A program made the translations under genes and the position numbers. Positions 31,281 to 40,668 of a stretch of DNA of 64,000 bases are shown here, piece by piece. A model generated the notes under the pieces. The model was not told the origin of the DNA. It saw only the letters and a program-made list of their open reading frames with translations, and ran no database searches. Source of the stretch: an uncultured Nitrospinota bacterium (GTDB taxonomy: Bacteria; Tectomicrobia; Entotheonellia; J063; CAVPRW01); NCBI GenBank assembly GCA_963707985.1, contig CAVPRW010000031.1:64001-128000 (forward strand), in the 5' to 3' direction. Positions within the stretch are counted from its first letter, which is position 1, and every line of letters starts with the position of its first letter.

Positions 31281-31714
31281 CGAGTTCTCCCACCGCGGCG
31301 CAAGCGCGTCTATGACTCACAAGCAACAGTTCACCAACGAGGCATATAAAGGTTAAGACGTAGGTACATCGCCCCTCATCTCACAACTTTCTCCGAAATC
31401 CAGGATGGCCGCAGCGGCTTTGCCGCCATCTTCAACTTCTGAGCCACCATCCTATGATAGCACCGTAGGAAAAATGCCGTTGTTAAAGGTCCTAACAGAT
31501 GACCCTCCACCCAAGCCCGTGCCTATCGAGGGACATGCTGCAGCATCACTTCAGGTCCACCAGTCATGGCCATCCGATCATGCCATGGATAAGGACTGTC
31601 TGCGGCAAATACTCACCGCTGAACCTTGTCTGAGGCTTCGATAGAACATCCAGCAGCGTTCCCGCTATTCCCGCTATGGCTGAATATTGCAGGGAAGCTC
31701 CGGCAGGGCTTCAA

Positions 31715-31743
31715 TTGACTTTCCCCAGTACCCCGGCTACCAT
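31715..31743 (+). promoter_or_regulatory. sigma70-type promoter upstream of clpS
   Basis: TTGACT-N17-TACCAT. Confidence 0.5.
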
Positions 31744-31778
31744 AAGCAGGTCAAAGAGCGCACAGAGGAGGTGCTGTT

Positions 31779-32060
31779 GTGGCAACACAGACGCAAACAT
31801 ACCATGAAGAGGACCTCGGAACAGGCCTCGGTCAACCATGGATGGTGATCCTGTTCAACGATGAGGTGCACGCCTTCGAGGAAGTTATCACCCAGGTACA
31901 AAAGGCAACGGGATGCAGTTCGTCGGAGGCCTTTCAAATTACCTATGCAGCCCATTCTAATGGGCAAGCAGTGGCTTATGTCGGCGACAAGCCACAGTGT
32001 GAAGAGGTCGCTAAGGTACTGCGTGAGATCGATTTGCACGTCGAGCTTGAAGAAGCCTAG
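31779..32060 (+). CDS. clpS: Clp protease adaptor ClpS
   Basis: PWMVILFNDEVHAFEEVI...A..ITYAAHSNGQAV; GAGGAGG RBS with GTG start. Confidence 0.85.
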   Translation: MATQTQTYHEEDLGTGLGQPWMVILFNDEVHAFEEVITQVQKATGCSSSEAFQITYAAHSNGQAVAYVGDKPQCEEVAKVLREIDLHVELEEA

Positions 32061-32098
32061 GTGCGAGATATCGAGATAGGCCACGGGCCGGGGGACAT

Positions 32099-32707
32099 AT
32101 GCGGTGCGGACTGAACTTTTTCCCATCATGTCACCCCGAGTACATGTCGGGCCAGGTCTATTTTCAGGAAGCGCTGGACCTCTGTGGCTTAGCGGACAGC
32201 CTCGACTATGCCACCGTGAAAATCGTCGAGCACTATTTTCGAGCCTATGGGGGGTACAGTCCCAGCCCCCTGATTTTTCTGGCTGCCGCAGCCCAGCGCA
32301 CGCGTGACATCCGACTGGTCACCGGTGCAGCCATCCCCGCCTTGCACCATCCTCTGAAATTAGCCGCCGAACTAGCCATGGTCGACTGCATCAGCGGAGG
32401 ACGCTTGGAGGCGGGATTCGCCCGAGCCTTCCTGCCGCATGAATTCGAAGCCTTCGAGGTCGACATGGAGGAGAGCCGTCCACGCTTTGAGGAGGGCATC
32501 GCAATCGTCAAGCGGCTCTGGACTGAGGGGCGCGCGTTGATCGGGGACTCCCACGCGGTGCTCGATCAATTGCATCACCTGCGCCAACAATTCGGGCCAA
32601 TTCAGCCGGAGATGCAGATCATGTTCGGCAATATGGATTATACACGGGCTCGACGCAGTGTGGAACTCTTCGGACGCGAGGTGCTCCCAGCCGTCGAAGG
32701 TCTCTGA
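32099..32707 (+). pseudogene. Luciferase-like monooxygenase (LLM) with internal deletion
   Basis: VEHYF...SPLIFLAAAAQRT..IRL, HPLKLAAELAMVD.ISGGRL, then jumps from KRLWTEG to the C-terminal ALIGD...SVELFGREVLP; only 202 aa. Confidence 0.7.
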
Positions 32708-32917
32708 GAATTCAGGCCTTCCATGCCTTTCCCCCCTCAACATTGTATGCTAGATTAGAGCAAGCGAGAACAACGCCGCGTGGACATGATGATCGGCCGC
32801 GCCAGAAGTTACGTTGTCAAACGACCGCGATGGCGGATGTACCGCTCAACTCAGGGGACTGACCTGCGCGGCCGGTTTCATACGCTAGTCGTGCCACTCC
32901 GCAAAGAGGAGAGGTTC

Positions 32918-34039
32918 ATGACGTTTCCAGGACACGCGACCCCTGAAGGGACAGCCCGCTATGCGTCCCGTCTGCAGGGAACCGTCGCACAGGAACATTT
33001 CCGCGAATTTCAGGGGCTGCAGATCTCCTCGATTGGCCTTGGAACTTATCTTGGTGAACATGATGTGAGCACGGATACCCAGTATCGTGACGCCATCATT
33101 CGAGCGGTCGAGCTGGGCTGCAACCTTATCGATACCGCGATAAACTATCGCTTCCAACAAAGCGAGCGTACGATCGGACAGGCGTTGGCCATGCTCTTCG
33201 AGCAAGGGCGGGTGCATCGCGATGAGCTGGTCATCGCCACCAAGGGGGGCTTCCTGCCGTTTGACGAGGGTCCACCGCGATCGCAGCAAGAATTTTTCGG
33301 CTATGTCGAGAAGACGTTTATTCAACCAGGAATCATCAAGCCAGCCGATATCGTCGCCGGGTGTCATTGCATGACGCCGGCGTATCTTCAACATCAACTG
33401 GACGCGAGCCTCCAGAATCTTGGGCTGGAGTGTGTGGATATCTATTACATACATAACCCCGAAACCCAGCTCGACGAAGTCCCACGGGTAGAGTTCGTAC
33501 AGCGCATGCGTGCCGCCTTTCAGGCGCTAGAGGCAAACGTCGCTGCCGGCAAGCTGCGCTGGTCTGGCACGGCCACCTGGGAAGGTTACCGTCGACCGCC
33601 GGACGCCACGGATTATCTGGCCCTCGGAGAGCTGGTCGCAGCAGCGCAGGACGTTGGGGGTGAAGAGCACCATTTTCGGGCGATTCAGCTGCCTCACAAT
33701 CTCGCTATGCCTGAGGCATTGACCCAACAAAACCAGCAGGTCGATGGACAGATGCTGGCACCACTCGAGGCCGCGCAGGTATTTGGGATCTATGCGATGT
33801 GCAGTGCTTCGATCCTACAAAGCCGTCTGACCCGCGGGTTGCCTGATGTCCTGGCGCAGGTTTTCCAACTTGACACCGCTGCCCAGTGTGCCATCCAATT
33901 CGTTCGCTCCTCTCCAGGGGTCGGCTCGGCCCTGATCGGCATGAAGCAGGTCAGGCACGTGGAGGAAAATCTTGCCGTCGCCAAAGTGCCGCCAGCCTCG
34001 CTAGAGCAGTTCATGCAGTTGTTCGAACGGTCATCATAA
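32918..34039 (+). CDS. Aldo/keto reductase
   Basis: SSIGLGTY, IDTAINY, VIATKGG, DIYYIHNP; GAGGAGAGG RBS. Confidence 0.88.
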   Translation: MTFPGHATPEGTARYASRLQGTVAQEHFREFQGLQISSIGLGTYLGEHDVSTDTQYRDAIIRAVELGCNLIDTAINYRFQQSERTIGQALAMLFEQGRVHRDELVIATKGGFLPFDEGPPRSQQEFFGYVEKTFIQPGIIKPADIVAGCHCMTPAYLQHQLDASLQNLGLECVDIYYIHNPETQLDEVPRVEFVQRMRAAFQALEANVAAGKLRWSGTATWEGYRRPPDATDYLALGELVAAAQDVGGEEHHFRAIQLPHNLAMPEALTQQNQQVDGQMLAPLEAAQVFGIYAMCSASILQSRLTRGLPDVLAQVFQLDTAAQCAIQFVRSSPGVGSALIGMKQVRHVEENLAVAKVPPASLEQFMQLFERSS

Positions 34040-34055
34040 CTGAGGAGGACTCCAG

Positions 34056-35414
34056 ATGGCTCAAGTCAGCACCGTGGATCTGGTCAAGGAGGATCAGGAA
34101 CATCTTTTCCATCCCTTGCATCACCCCGCCGATCACCAGTCCCCCAAGGTGTGGGTGAAAGGGGAAGGGATTTACTTGTGGGATGCCGAGGGGCGGCAAT
34201 ATATCGATGGACTGGCCTGCTTGTGGAACGTTAATGTGGGCCATGGTCGTCGAGAGTTGGCCGAAGCGGCTGCGACGCAGATGGCCGAACTGGCGTATTG
34301 CTCATCCTACGCGGGTGCCACCAATATCCCGGCCACAAAGTTGGCCACGAAATTGGCGTCGTTGGCATACCCCAGCCTCAACACCGTATACTTCACCAGT
34401 GGTGGAGCAGAATCGAACGAGAGTGCTTTCAAGACCGCGAGGTTTTATTGGAAGGCCAATGGCAAACCGGACAAGGTCAAAATTATCGCACGCCAGCATG
34501 GCTACCATGGCGTGACACTGGCAGCGATGAGCGCCACTGGAATGGCTCCATACTGGAAGATGTTCGAGCCACGGGTACCCAATTTCGTCCATGTGCAGGC
34601 ACCGTATCCCTATCGGTTTGAAGGTGTGAAGCCGGGTGAAACCATTGGTCAGGCCGCAGCCCGGCAATTGGAGGAAAAAATCCTTGCAGAAGGCCCAGAC
34701 ACCGTGGCTGCCTTCATCGCTGAGCCGGTACAGGGCGCCGGCGGGGTCATTGTGCCGCCCGATGACTATTTCCCCAACATCCGCCGCGTATGCGATCAAT
34801 ACGAGGTCTTATTTATCGCCGACGAGGTGATTACCGGCTTTGGCCGAACTGGCAGCTGGTTCGCCCTCGACCGTTGGGGCGTTGAGCCGGATATCATGTC
34901 GTTCGCCAAAGGCGTCACCAGCGGTTATCTGCCGCTGGGCGGCATCATGATCTCGGATAGCATTCGCCAGGCCGTGCTATCGGCCAAGTACGAGGATCGC
35001 TGGATGCACGCCTATACCTACTCCGGCCATCCGACCTGTTGTGCCGTCGGTCTGAAGAATATCGAGATCATAGAGAAGGAAGGTTTGGTTAAACACGCTG
35101 GGGAGATGGGGACGCGTCTCTTGGCCGGACTCAAGACACTCGAAGAGTTTGCCGCCGTGGGCGATGTGCGGGGCCTGGGCCTGATGGCAGCCGTCGAGCT
35201 CGTCGCCGACCGCTCGACCAAGGCGCCGACGGACCCGGCTCTGAAGATCGGCCCGCGCGTGCAGGATGAATGCATTAAGCGCGGGCTCTATACCCGCATT
35301 CGCAGTGATATCATGATGCTATGTCCGGCGCTGGTCATTCGAGGCGAAGAAGTAGACCGGATAGTCGACACCTTGCGCGAAGCCTTGCAGGCCGTCGTGC
35401 CAGAGCGGGCATAA
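34056..35414 (+). CDS. Class-III PLP aminotransferase (omega-amine/putrescine type)
   Basis: YHGVT, FIAEPVQGAGG, IADEVITGFGRTG, AKGVTSGYLPLGG, HAYTYSGHP. Confidence 0.92.
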   Translation: MAQVSTVDLVKEDQEHLFHPLHHPADHQSPKVWVKGEGIYLWDAEGRQYIDGLACLWNVNVGHGRRELAEAAATQMAELAYCSSYAGATNIPATKLATKLASLAYPSLNTVYFTSGGAESNESAFKTARFYWKANGKPDKVKIIARQHGYHGVTLAAMSATGMAPYWKMFEPRVPNFVHVQAPYPYRFEGVKPGETIGQAAARQLEEKILAEGPDTVAAFIAEPVQGAGGVIVPPDDYFPNIRRVCDQYEVLFIADEVITGFGRTGSWFALDRWGVEPDIMSFAKGVTSGYLPLGGIMISDSIRQAVLSAKYEDRWMHAYTYSGHPTCCAVGLKNIEIIEKEGLVKHAGEMGTRLLAGLKTLEEFAAVGDVRGLGLMAAVELVADRSTKAPTDPALKIGPRVQDECIKRGLYTRIRSDIMMLCPALVIRGEEVDRIVDTLREALQAVVPERA

Positions 35415-35618
35415 GCCTGACGAGCAAGATCACAGAGGCGGGCTCCGGCGTGGACAGCCACGAGCGAGTGGGCTTCCGTGGCCCGTCAGCCCCTGTCACC
35501 AGGGGGCCTTCGGCTGCACCTGCTCAGCACCGTCCGGCGATTTTCCCCTTCCACTTACCCATGTTTCTGATAGTGTCACAGGACATTGTGAGGCACAGTG
35601 CCTCCTGTTGGCCTTAGA

Positions 35619-36074
35619 TCAGGAAGAGGATGAGACAGGGACGCCCTCGGCGCAGACGCCACACACACCGTAGAACTCCAAGGTATGCGAGGTGATACGC
35701 GAGTGCGTGCGGCGGATAATGGCCTGCTCGGTAGTCGCGAGGGGGCAAGCATCGATATCTTCCACTCTGCCGCAAAGATTGCAGACGAAGTGATGATGAT
35801 GGCTGCCAAAGGAATCCGCCAGCTCATAGCGGGCAAATCCCTCATGAAATTGCAGCCGACGCACGATGCCCAAGTCGCAGAACAGTTGGACCGTGCGGTA
35901 CACAGACACTCGGTTGATGGAGCGGTCGTCTAGGCGAGTGTGGATCTCTTCGATGCTAAGAGGTGTCTCCCCGGCTAACAGCACATGCGCTACCGCCCGT
36001 CGCGGCGTGGTCAAGCGATAGCCAGCCTCCTTGAGCAGGGTGTATATGCGATCCGCCGGCACGGTAACGGTCAT
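35619..36074 (-). CDS. Fur-family metalloregulator (Fur/Zur-like)
   Basis: RLTTPR, SVYRTV, HHHHFVCNLCG and C-terminal CGVC. Confidence 0.9.
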   Translation of the reverse strand: MTVTVPADRIYTLLKEAGYRLTTPRRAVAHVLLAGETPLSIEEIHTRLDDRSINRVSVYRTVQLFCDLGIVRRLQFHEGFARYELADSFGSHHHHFVCNLCGRVEDIDACPLATTEQAIIRRTHSRITSHTLEFYGVCGVCAEGVPVSSSS

Positions 36075-36109
36075 ATCTCCCCCTCACATTGCAGGTGCGA
36101 AGTGTGCTC

Positions 36110-36138
36110 AGTATGGCAAAATTATGCTGTCGATGCAA
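36110..36138 (-). promoter_or_regulatory. sigma70-type promoter of the Fur-family gene
   Basis: TTGCAT-N17-CATACT on the minus strand. Confidence 0.45.
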
Positions 36139-36279
36139 GTCTCTTCCGAAGATCGTCGTCAATCCGGAACCCTCGATTGTCCAGCCTCCTTTGTTGACAG
36201 CTCACCCTCTTAGGGAGAATAATACAATCAGTATAACGCTGCTTGCAGGAAGTGTCTGATGCAGTCAAGGAGCCTAGCG

Positions 36280-36633
36280 ATGGCGGAGAAAGATCACGAA
36301 CCATCACGCCTTGAGCAGTTTCGGGAAATCGTCGATCTCGACCCGGATGACTATTTCTCTCACTTCGGCTATGCCAGTGCGCTCTTCGATGTCGGCCGCT
36401 ATCCAGAGGCCGTGCTGGAATTCCGCCAAGCGATCCGCCTCAAGCCCGATTACTCGGCAGCCTTCCGTGATCTCGGCAAAGCCTTAGAGCGAAGCGGTGC
36501 GCCCGCCGAAGCGATGCAAGCATACGGCCAGGGTATTCCCATCGCCGAGCGGAATGGCGACCTGCAAACCCTCAAGGAGATGCAAGTATTTCTCAAGCGG
36601 TTAGAACAGGGGCAAGGCCAAGAGACCTGCTAG
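36280..36633 (+). CDS. Small TPR protein
   Basis: RLEQFREIVDLDPDD, two TPR units (AIRLKPDYSAAFRDLGKAL), GDLQTLKEMQVFL; AAGGAG RBS. Confidence 0.85.
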   Translation: MAEKDHEPSRLEQFREIVDLDPDDYFSHFGYASALFDVGRYPEAVLEFRQAIRLKPDYSAAFRDLGKALERSGAPAEAMQAYGQGIPIAERNGDLQTLKEMQVFLKRLEQGQGQETC

Positions 36634-36647
36634 AGGAGCACCCGGCA

Positions 36648-36971
36648 ATGAGCGTTGGGCTACGCAATATGTGGATACGACCGGAAGTACATGTGATTGC
36701 CGACACGGCAGCCGATCATGCCAATCTGCTGCGCCGGGCTACGCTCAAGGTTGACGGCCTTCTGTGCGGTCTCTGAACGTTGAATGTGCGCCGGGCCCTG
36801 GCAGGGCATCCGGGTGTCCACGATGTCACCACCACCGGGGAGGGTGATCTGATAGAGGTCAGCTATGCTCCCGCCGAGACCTCCCTGGCCAGGCTGTGCC
36901 AACAGGTCATGGATACGGTGGTGCTGCCGGGCGTGCGTAGCTTGTTGGGGCGATTCTCCTCGCCGCAGTGA
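36648..36971 (+). CDS. HMA-domain selenoprotein with CxxU motif (Sec at TGA 36774-36776, codon 43; 107 aa)
   Basis: GAGGAG RBS, ATG 36648; ATLKVDGLLCGL-U-TLNVRRALAGHPGVHDV...IEVSYAP aligns with the HMA consensus (L.V.GM.CxxC...V..AL...GV..V); continues in frame into ORF 36780..36971. Confidence 0.8.
36791..36813 (+). promoter_or_regulatory. Putative bacterial SECIS hairpin
   Basis: CCGG-GCCCT-GGC-AGGGC-AT-CCGG stem-loop; G-starting loop 23 nt after the TGA. Confidence 0.5.
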
Positions 36972-37144
36972 GCAAAATACCTCGCGCCTAATCCTCTTGG
37001 ACATCTCACTGTACCCTATACAGCCGACCTTTTCCCCCGCTTCTACCAAGATGATTCCCTTCCCACCATGATTGTGTTTATATTAGGGACGGTCACAGCT
37101 TTTTTCCTGCATCCGCAGCCACGATACATGTGGAGGAAGTACTC

Positions 37145-37774
37145 GTGAGTGTACACGCGAAGTTACGTGGATTGTACGTCATCACCGACACCAAGCTGAT
37201 CCCCCGCTCCCGTTTTGTCGAAGCCGTGGAGGCGGCCGTGCGCGGTGGCGCCACCATGGTGCAACTGCGGGAAAAGGAAACACCGCAGGACGAGGTGATC
37301 CGCTTGGGGCGCGAGATCCTGGCCGTGACGCGGCGCCATGGGGCGCTATTAATTATCAACGATCATCCGTCGGTGGCAAAAGCGGTCGGCGCCGATGGGG
37401 CGCATGTCGGGCGCGAAGATCCGTCCGTGGAGGAGACCCGTGCCCTGCTCGGCCCCGATGCCATCATCGGCGCCTCATGCTATGGAGACGTCACTCGCGC
37501 CGTAGCTGCCGAGCAAGCGGGCGCTGACTACGTAGCCTTTGGTACCCCCTTTCCCTCCCCCACCAAGACCAAACGCACCGATATCTCATTGGGGATTTTT
37601 CGGGAGGTCAAGCAGCATGTGAAGGTGCCGGTATTCGCCATCGGCGGCATCACCATCGACAATGTGCAGCAGGTCATCGACGCCGGTGCCGATGGCATCG
37701 CGGTAGTCTCCGGCGTGTTCGCCGCCGCTGATGTCGAGGCCGCGGCGCAGGCGCTGGCGCAACTTTTCGAATAA
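37145..37774 (+). CDS. thiE: Thiamine-phosphate synthase
   Basis: GLYVITD, VQLREK, LIIND, ADGAHVGRED, IIGASC, SPTK, PVFAIGGI. Confidence 0.93.
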   Translation: MSVHAKLRGLYVITDTKLIPRSRFVEAVEAAVRGGATMVQLREKETPQDEVIRLGREILAVTRRHGALLIINDHPSVAKAVGADGAHVGREDPSVEETRALLGPDAIIGASCYGDVTRAVAAEQAGADYVAFGTPFPSPTKTKRTDISLGIFREVKQHVKVPVFAIGGITIDNVQQVIDAGADGIAVVSGVFAAADVEAAAQALAQLFE

Positions 37775-37973
37775 TCGATGCTGGGCGAAGAGGAGTATCG
37801 CGCATGGAGAAGATCTGCCGCAATTATCCTGACATTGCCCCAGCAGGTCCCACATAGACAGGTACCAGGGGAGATGTGTGATGTGCTGTTGACATGACTC
37901 GACGCTTCTCGTATAACTACCTCAACGGCATAGTCCATTGCGTTAAAGCATGATATATTCATACCATTTTCCG

Positions 37974-38600
37974 ATGTCAGAAGCCCTGAATCGCGCCACA
38001 CGCTCAATCACGGAAGCCGACCTGCCTCGCATGGTCCTCGAGGTGCGCGAGCTGCCTGCAGAATTCCAAGGTTTCCACCCCACACACGAGGGCGTCCTGG
38101 ACAATGCCACGATGGCGGAGCAGGGCTTTTTGGGTAGTCGTGCCGAGCACTTTACTGCCATCGGACGTCTCACAGGTTATGTACAGGAATTTTCCGCACC
38201 GCTTCCCAGAGGTGAGCCGATCGCTGTCGGCTCCGACCTGGCAGTGGCTACCGTCGCTCACCTCTTCGAAGATGCTGCAGGGGTGTCGCGTTGGATGCAG
38301 GAGATCTTTCTCGGGCAGTTCGAGGCCAACGTTGGCCAGGAAATCCACCCAGGTCAGCACCTGTTAATGGTGGAACGTTTGGCATTTCAGGGCTTCTCGG
38401 ATGAGGTGGTGGGGCTACGGGTATTGCAGAGCGGACCACAAGGGCCAGTGTCATCAACGGTTGTCGACTTCCGGATCGGACGTTTACTTGGCGTGGTCTA
38501 CATCGCCACCTTCGGGAATTACGAGCGACGGGCGGTCGTGGAGCGTCTCGGGCATATGCTGGAACGCAAAATCGTGCGGGTGGTGCTCGGGGACCTGTGA
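37974..38600 (+). CDS. Hypothetical protein
   Basis: Long ORF with protein-like composition; no motif recognised. Confidence 0.65.
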   Translation: MSEALNRATRSITEADLPRMVLEVRELPAEFQGFHPTHEGVLDNATMAEQGFLGSRAEHFTAIGRLTGYVQEFSAPLPRGEPIAVGSDLAVATVAHLFEDAAGVSRWMQEIFLGQFEANVGQEIHPGQHLLMVERLAFQGFSDEVVGLRVLQSGPQGPVSSTVVDFRIGRLLGVVYIATFGNYERRAVVERLGHMLERKIVRVVLGDL

Positions 38601-38739
38601 CACGCGGGGTCCATCCCCTCGATTCTCACGCATCTCCAATCTTACCGACCACTAATGCTGTCGGTGACAAACATCCGTCGGTGATTCGGTGGCCTCGTCA
38701 TAGGGTAGCCGGTTCGGGAGAGTGCCGAGGAGATGAATC

Positions 38740-39223
38740 ATGGCCAAGGATAAGGGCCAGGTGCGTCGTGTCCTACAGATCTTAGGCCCTGAAGACCAGG
38801 AAACCCTCGCCATCCTGCACGATCCCCCCCGGATGGAAGAGTTGTTACGCCGACACGAGACCCTGGCCGAGGTCGAAGCGGCGGGAATTGTCAGCGGCAT
38901 GGGAGGTCTGCTGGCAGGAACAGATTTCTCCCACCCCCCTTTACCAGGACTGCACGTTTTTCCTGCAGTACTCGACGAACTGGTAGGGTTGTCCGACACG
39001 GTGCGAGACACCCTCCTACAGGTTCATTTGCCAGCACTGCTGGCGGCTCCCCAGGAGGGTCTGGCGCTCACCCAACTGTTTCAGGGTTTGTGGATCACCA
39101 TCTGCACGGTGGACGGGATCGACTACCGCATGGTCTATCAAATCGACGAACCAAGAGGCAGGGATTACGATCCTGATGGTCGGCACCTGGGAGAGCTTGG
39201 AGCAGCGACTTGAAGAGGACTAA
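38740..39223 (+). CDS. Putative fused Phd/YefM-type antitoxin tail + RelE-like domain (frameshift near 39150)
   Basis: N-terminal ETLAILHDPPRMEELLRR; C-terminal DELVGLS...HLPALLAAP.EG..L...QGLW...DYRMVYQIDE, then (removing one base) QEAGITILMVGTWESLEQRLEED*. Confidence 0.55.
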
Positions 39224-39368
39224 GTCCCCAAACGAGGCTCCCCTCTGGGTGGGAGAGGAGGCAGACCCGGAGTGTGGGGAAAGGTCAGCCTGAAGGAAGA
39301 TTGTGGGGCTCGTTAGAGAGGGGGCGAGCCGCTGGCGGGAATTTAGACTCCCTCTGGAAGGGATCACC

Positions 39369-40433
39369 ATGCCGTTACACATTCTACGAACAAGTACTCC
39401 CAGAGCTCGCGTGCCTGAGTCCCAGTTAGGGTTCGGTCAGGTGTTCACCGACCATATGCTGCTCATGGATTATACGATCCAAGCGGGCTGGCATGAAGCC
39501 CGGATCGAGCCCTATGGACCCTTTTCTCTGGAGCCTTCGACGATCGTTTTCCACTATGGCCAAGCGATCTTTGACGGATTGAAAGCGTTTCGCACCCCGA
39601 CGGACGATGTAGTGCTGTTTCGTCCCCAACGTCACCTGAGACGCCTGAATACCTCGGCGGCGAGGTTGTGTATCCCACCTCTTGATGAAACCTTCACGTT
39701 GGTAGCCCTACAGGAACTTGTCCGCCTCGATGCCGATTGGGTGCCGCGCACACCAGGGTGCTCGCTCTACATACGCCCGACGCTCATCGCGACCGATCCC
39801 ACCCTTGGCGTGCACCCATCACGGACGTATCGCTTCTTCGTCATTATGTCGCCAGTGGGCGCCTATTATTCTGAGGGTTTCAAGCCGGTCAAGATCCTCG
39901 TGGAGGATCGCTATGTGCGGGCCGTGAGCGGAGGGTTAGGGGCCGCCAAAACGCCGGCCAACTATGCCGCCAGTCTACTGGCCGCTGAAGAGGCCCAGGC
40001 TCAGGGATTTTCCCAGGTACTCTGGCTGGATGGCATCGCCCACCGCTACATCGAAGAGGTGGGCTCGATGAACATCTTTTTCGTGATCGACGAGCAGTTG
40101 GTCACCCCGCCCCTGGAGGGGTCGATTCTCGATGGCGTGACACGTGACAGTGTGATCGCACTGGCCCAGAGTTGGGGGATTCGCGTCGCAGAGCGCCGCA
40201 TCGGTATCGATGACATCTTGGCTGCGCATGGCGCGGGCAACCTCACTGAAGTGTTCGGCACCGGCACGGCCGCCGTCATCTCCCCCGTTTGTGAGCTATT
40301 CTATAAAGGCCATACGATTGTCATCAACGACCGCAAGGTCGGGCCAATGACTCAGAAATTGTATGACGTACTAACCGGGATTCAGCGAGGAATTATGCCG
40401 GATTGCTTCGGATGGATGGTCTCTGTAAAGTAG
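39369..40433 (+). CDS. ilvE: Branched-chain amino-acid aminotransferase
   Basis: LGFGQVFTDHM, HYGQAIF.GLKA, SLYIRP, AKTPANYA, EEVGSMNIF, ILDGVTRDS, FGTGTAAVISPV. Confidence 0.95.
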   Translation: MPLHILRTSTPRARVPESQLGFGQVFTDHMLLMDYTIQAGWHEARIEPYGPFSLEPSTIVFHYGQAIFDGLKAFRTPTDDVVLFRPQRHLRRLNTSAARLCIPPLDETFTLVALQELVRLDADWVPRTPGCSLYIRPTLIATDPTLGVHPSRTYRFFVIMSPVGAYYSEGFKPVKILVEDRYVRAVSGGLGAAKTPANYAASLLAAEEAQAQGFSQVLWLDGIAHRYIEEVGSMNIFFVIDEQLVTPPLEGSILDGVTRDSVIALAQSWGIRVAERRIGIDDILAAHGAGNLTEVFGTGTAAVISPVCELFYKGHTIVINDRKVGPMTQKLYDVLTGIQRGIMPDCFGWMVSVK

Positions 40434-40668
40434 GGGAGACTTTCCCAGATGTAGCCCGCGTTACCCTCCTTTGGCCATCATTATCCCAACGATTTCCACA
40501 ACAGTCTGACTTCCCTCTACAGTATGGTAAAAAGTGTTTATCTGTGCAGACCCACATGCCCCTTTCCGTTACTTCACCCTGACACCTATTCGGCGAAACT
40601 GACTGTGCCAATCTCCTATAGACTGATTTAAAAGCCAAAGGATGGGGGCATGTGCAGCCAAGCGAGAC

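Noticed and set aside
39290..39302. GAAGGAAG as an SRP RNA or glycine-riboswitch core
   Set aside because: The flanking consensus (CAGGTCC...GCAGC for SRP; CTCTCAGG for glycine) is missing
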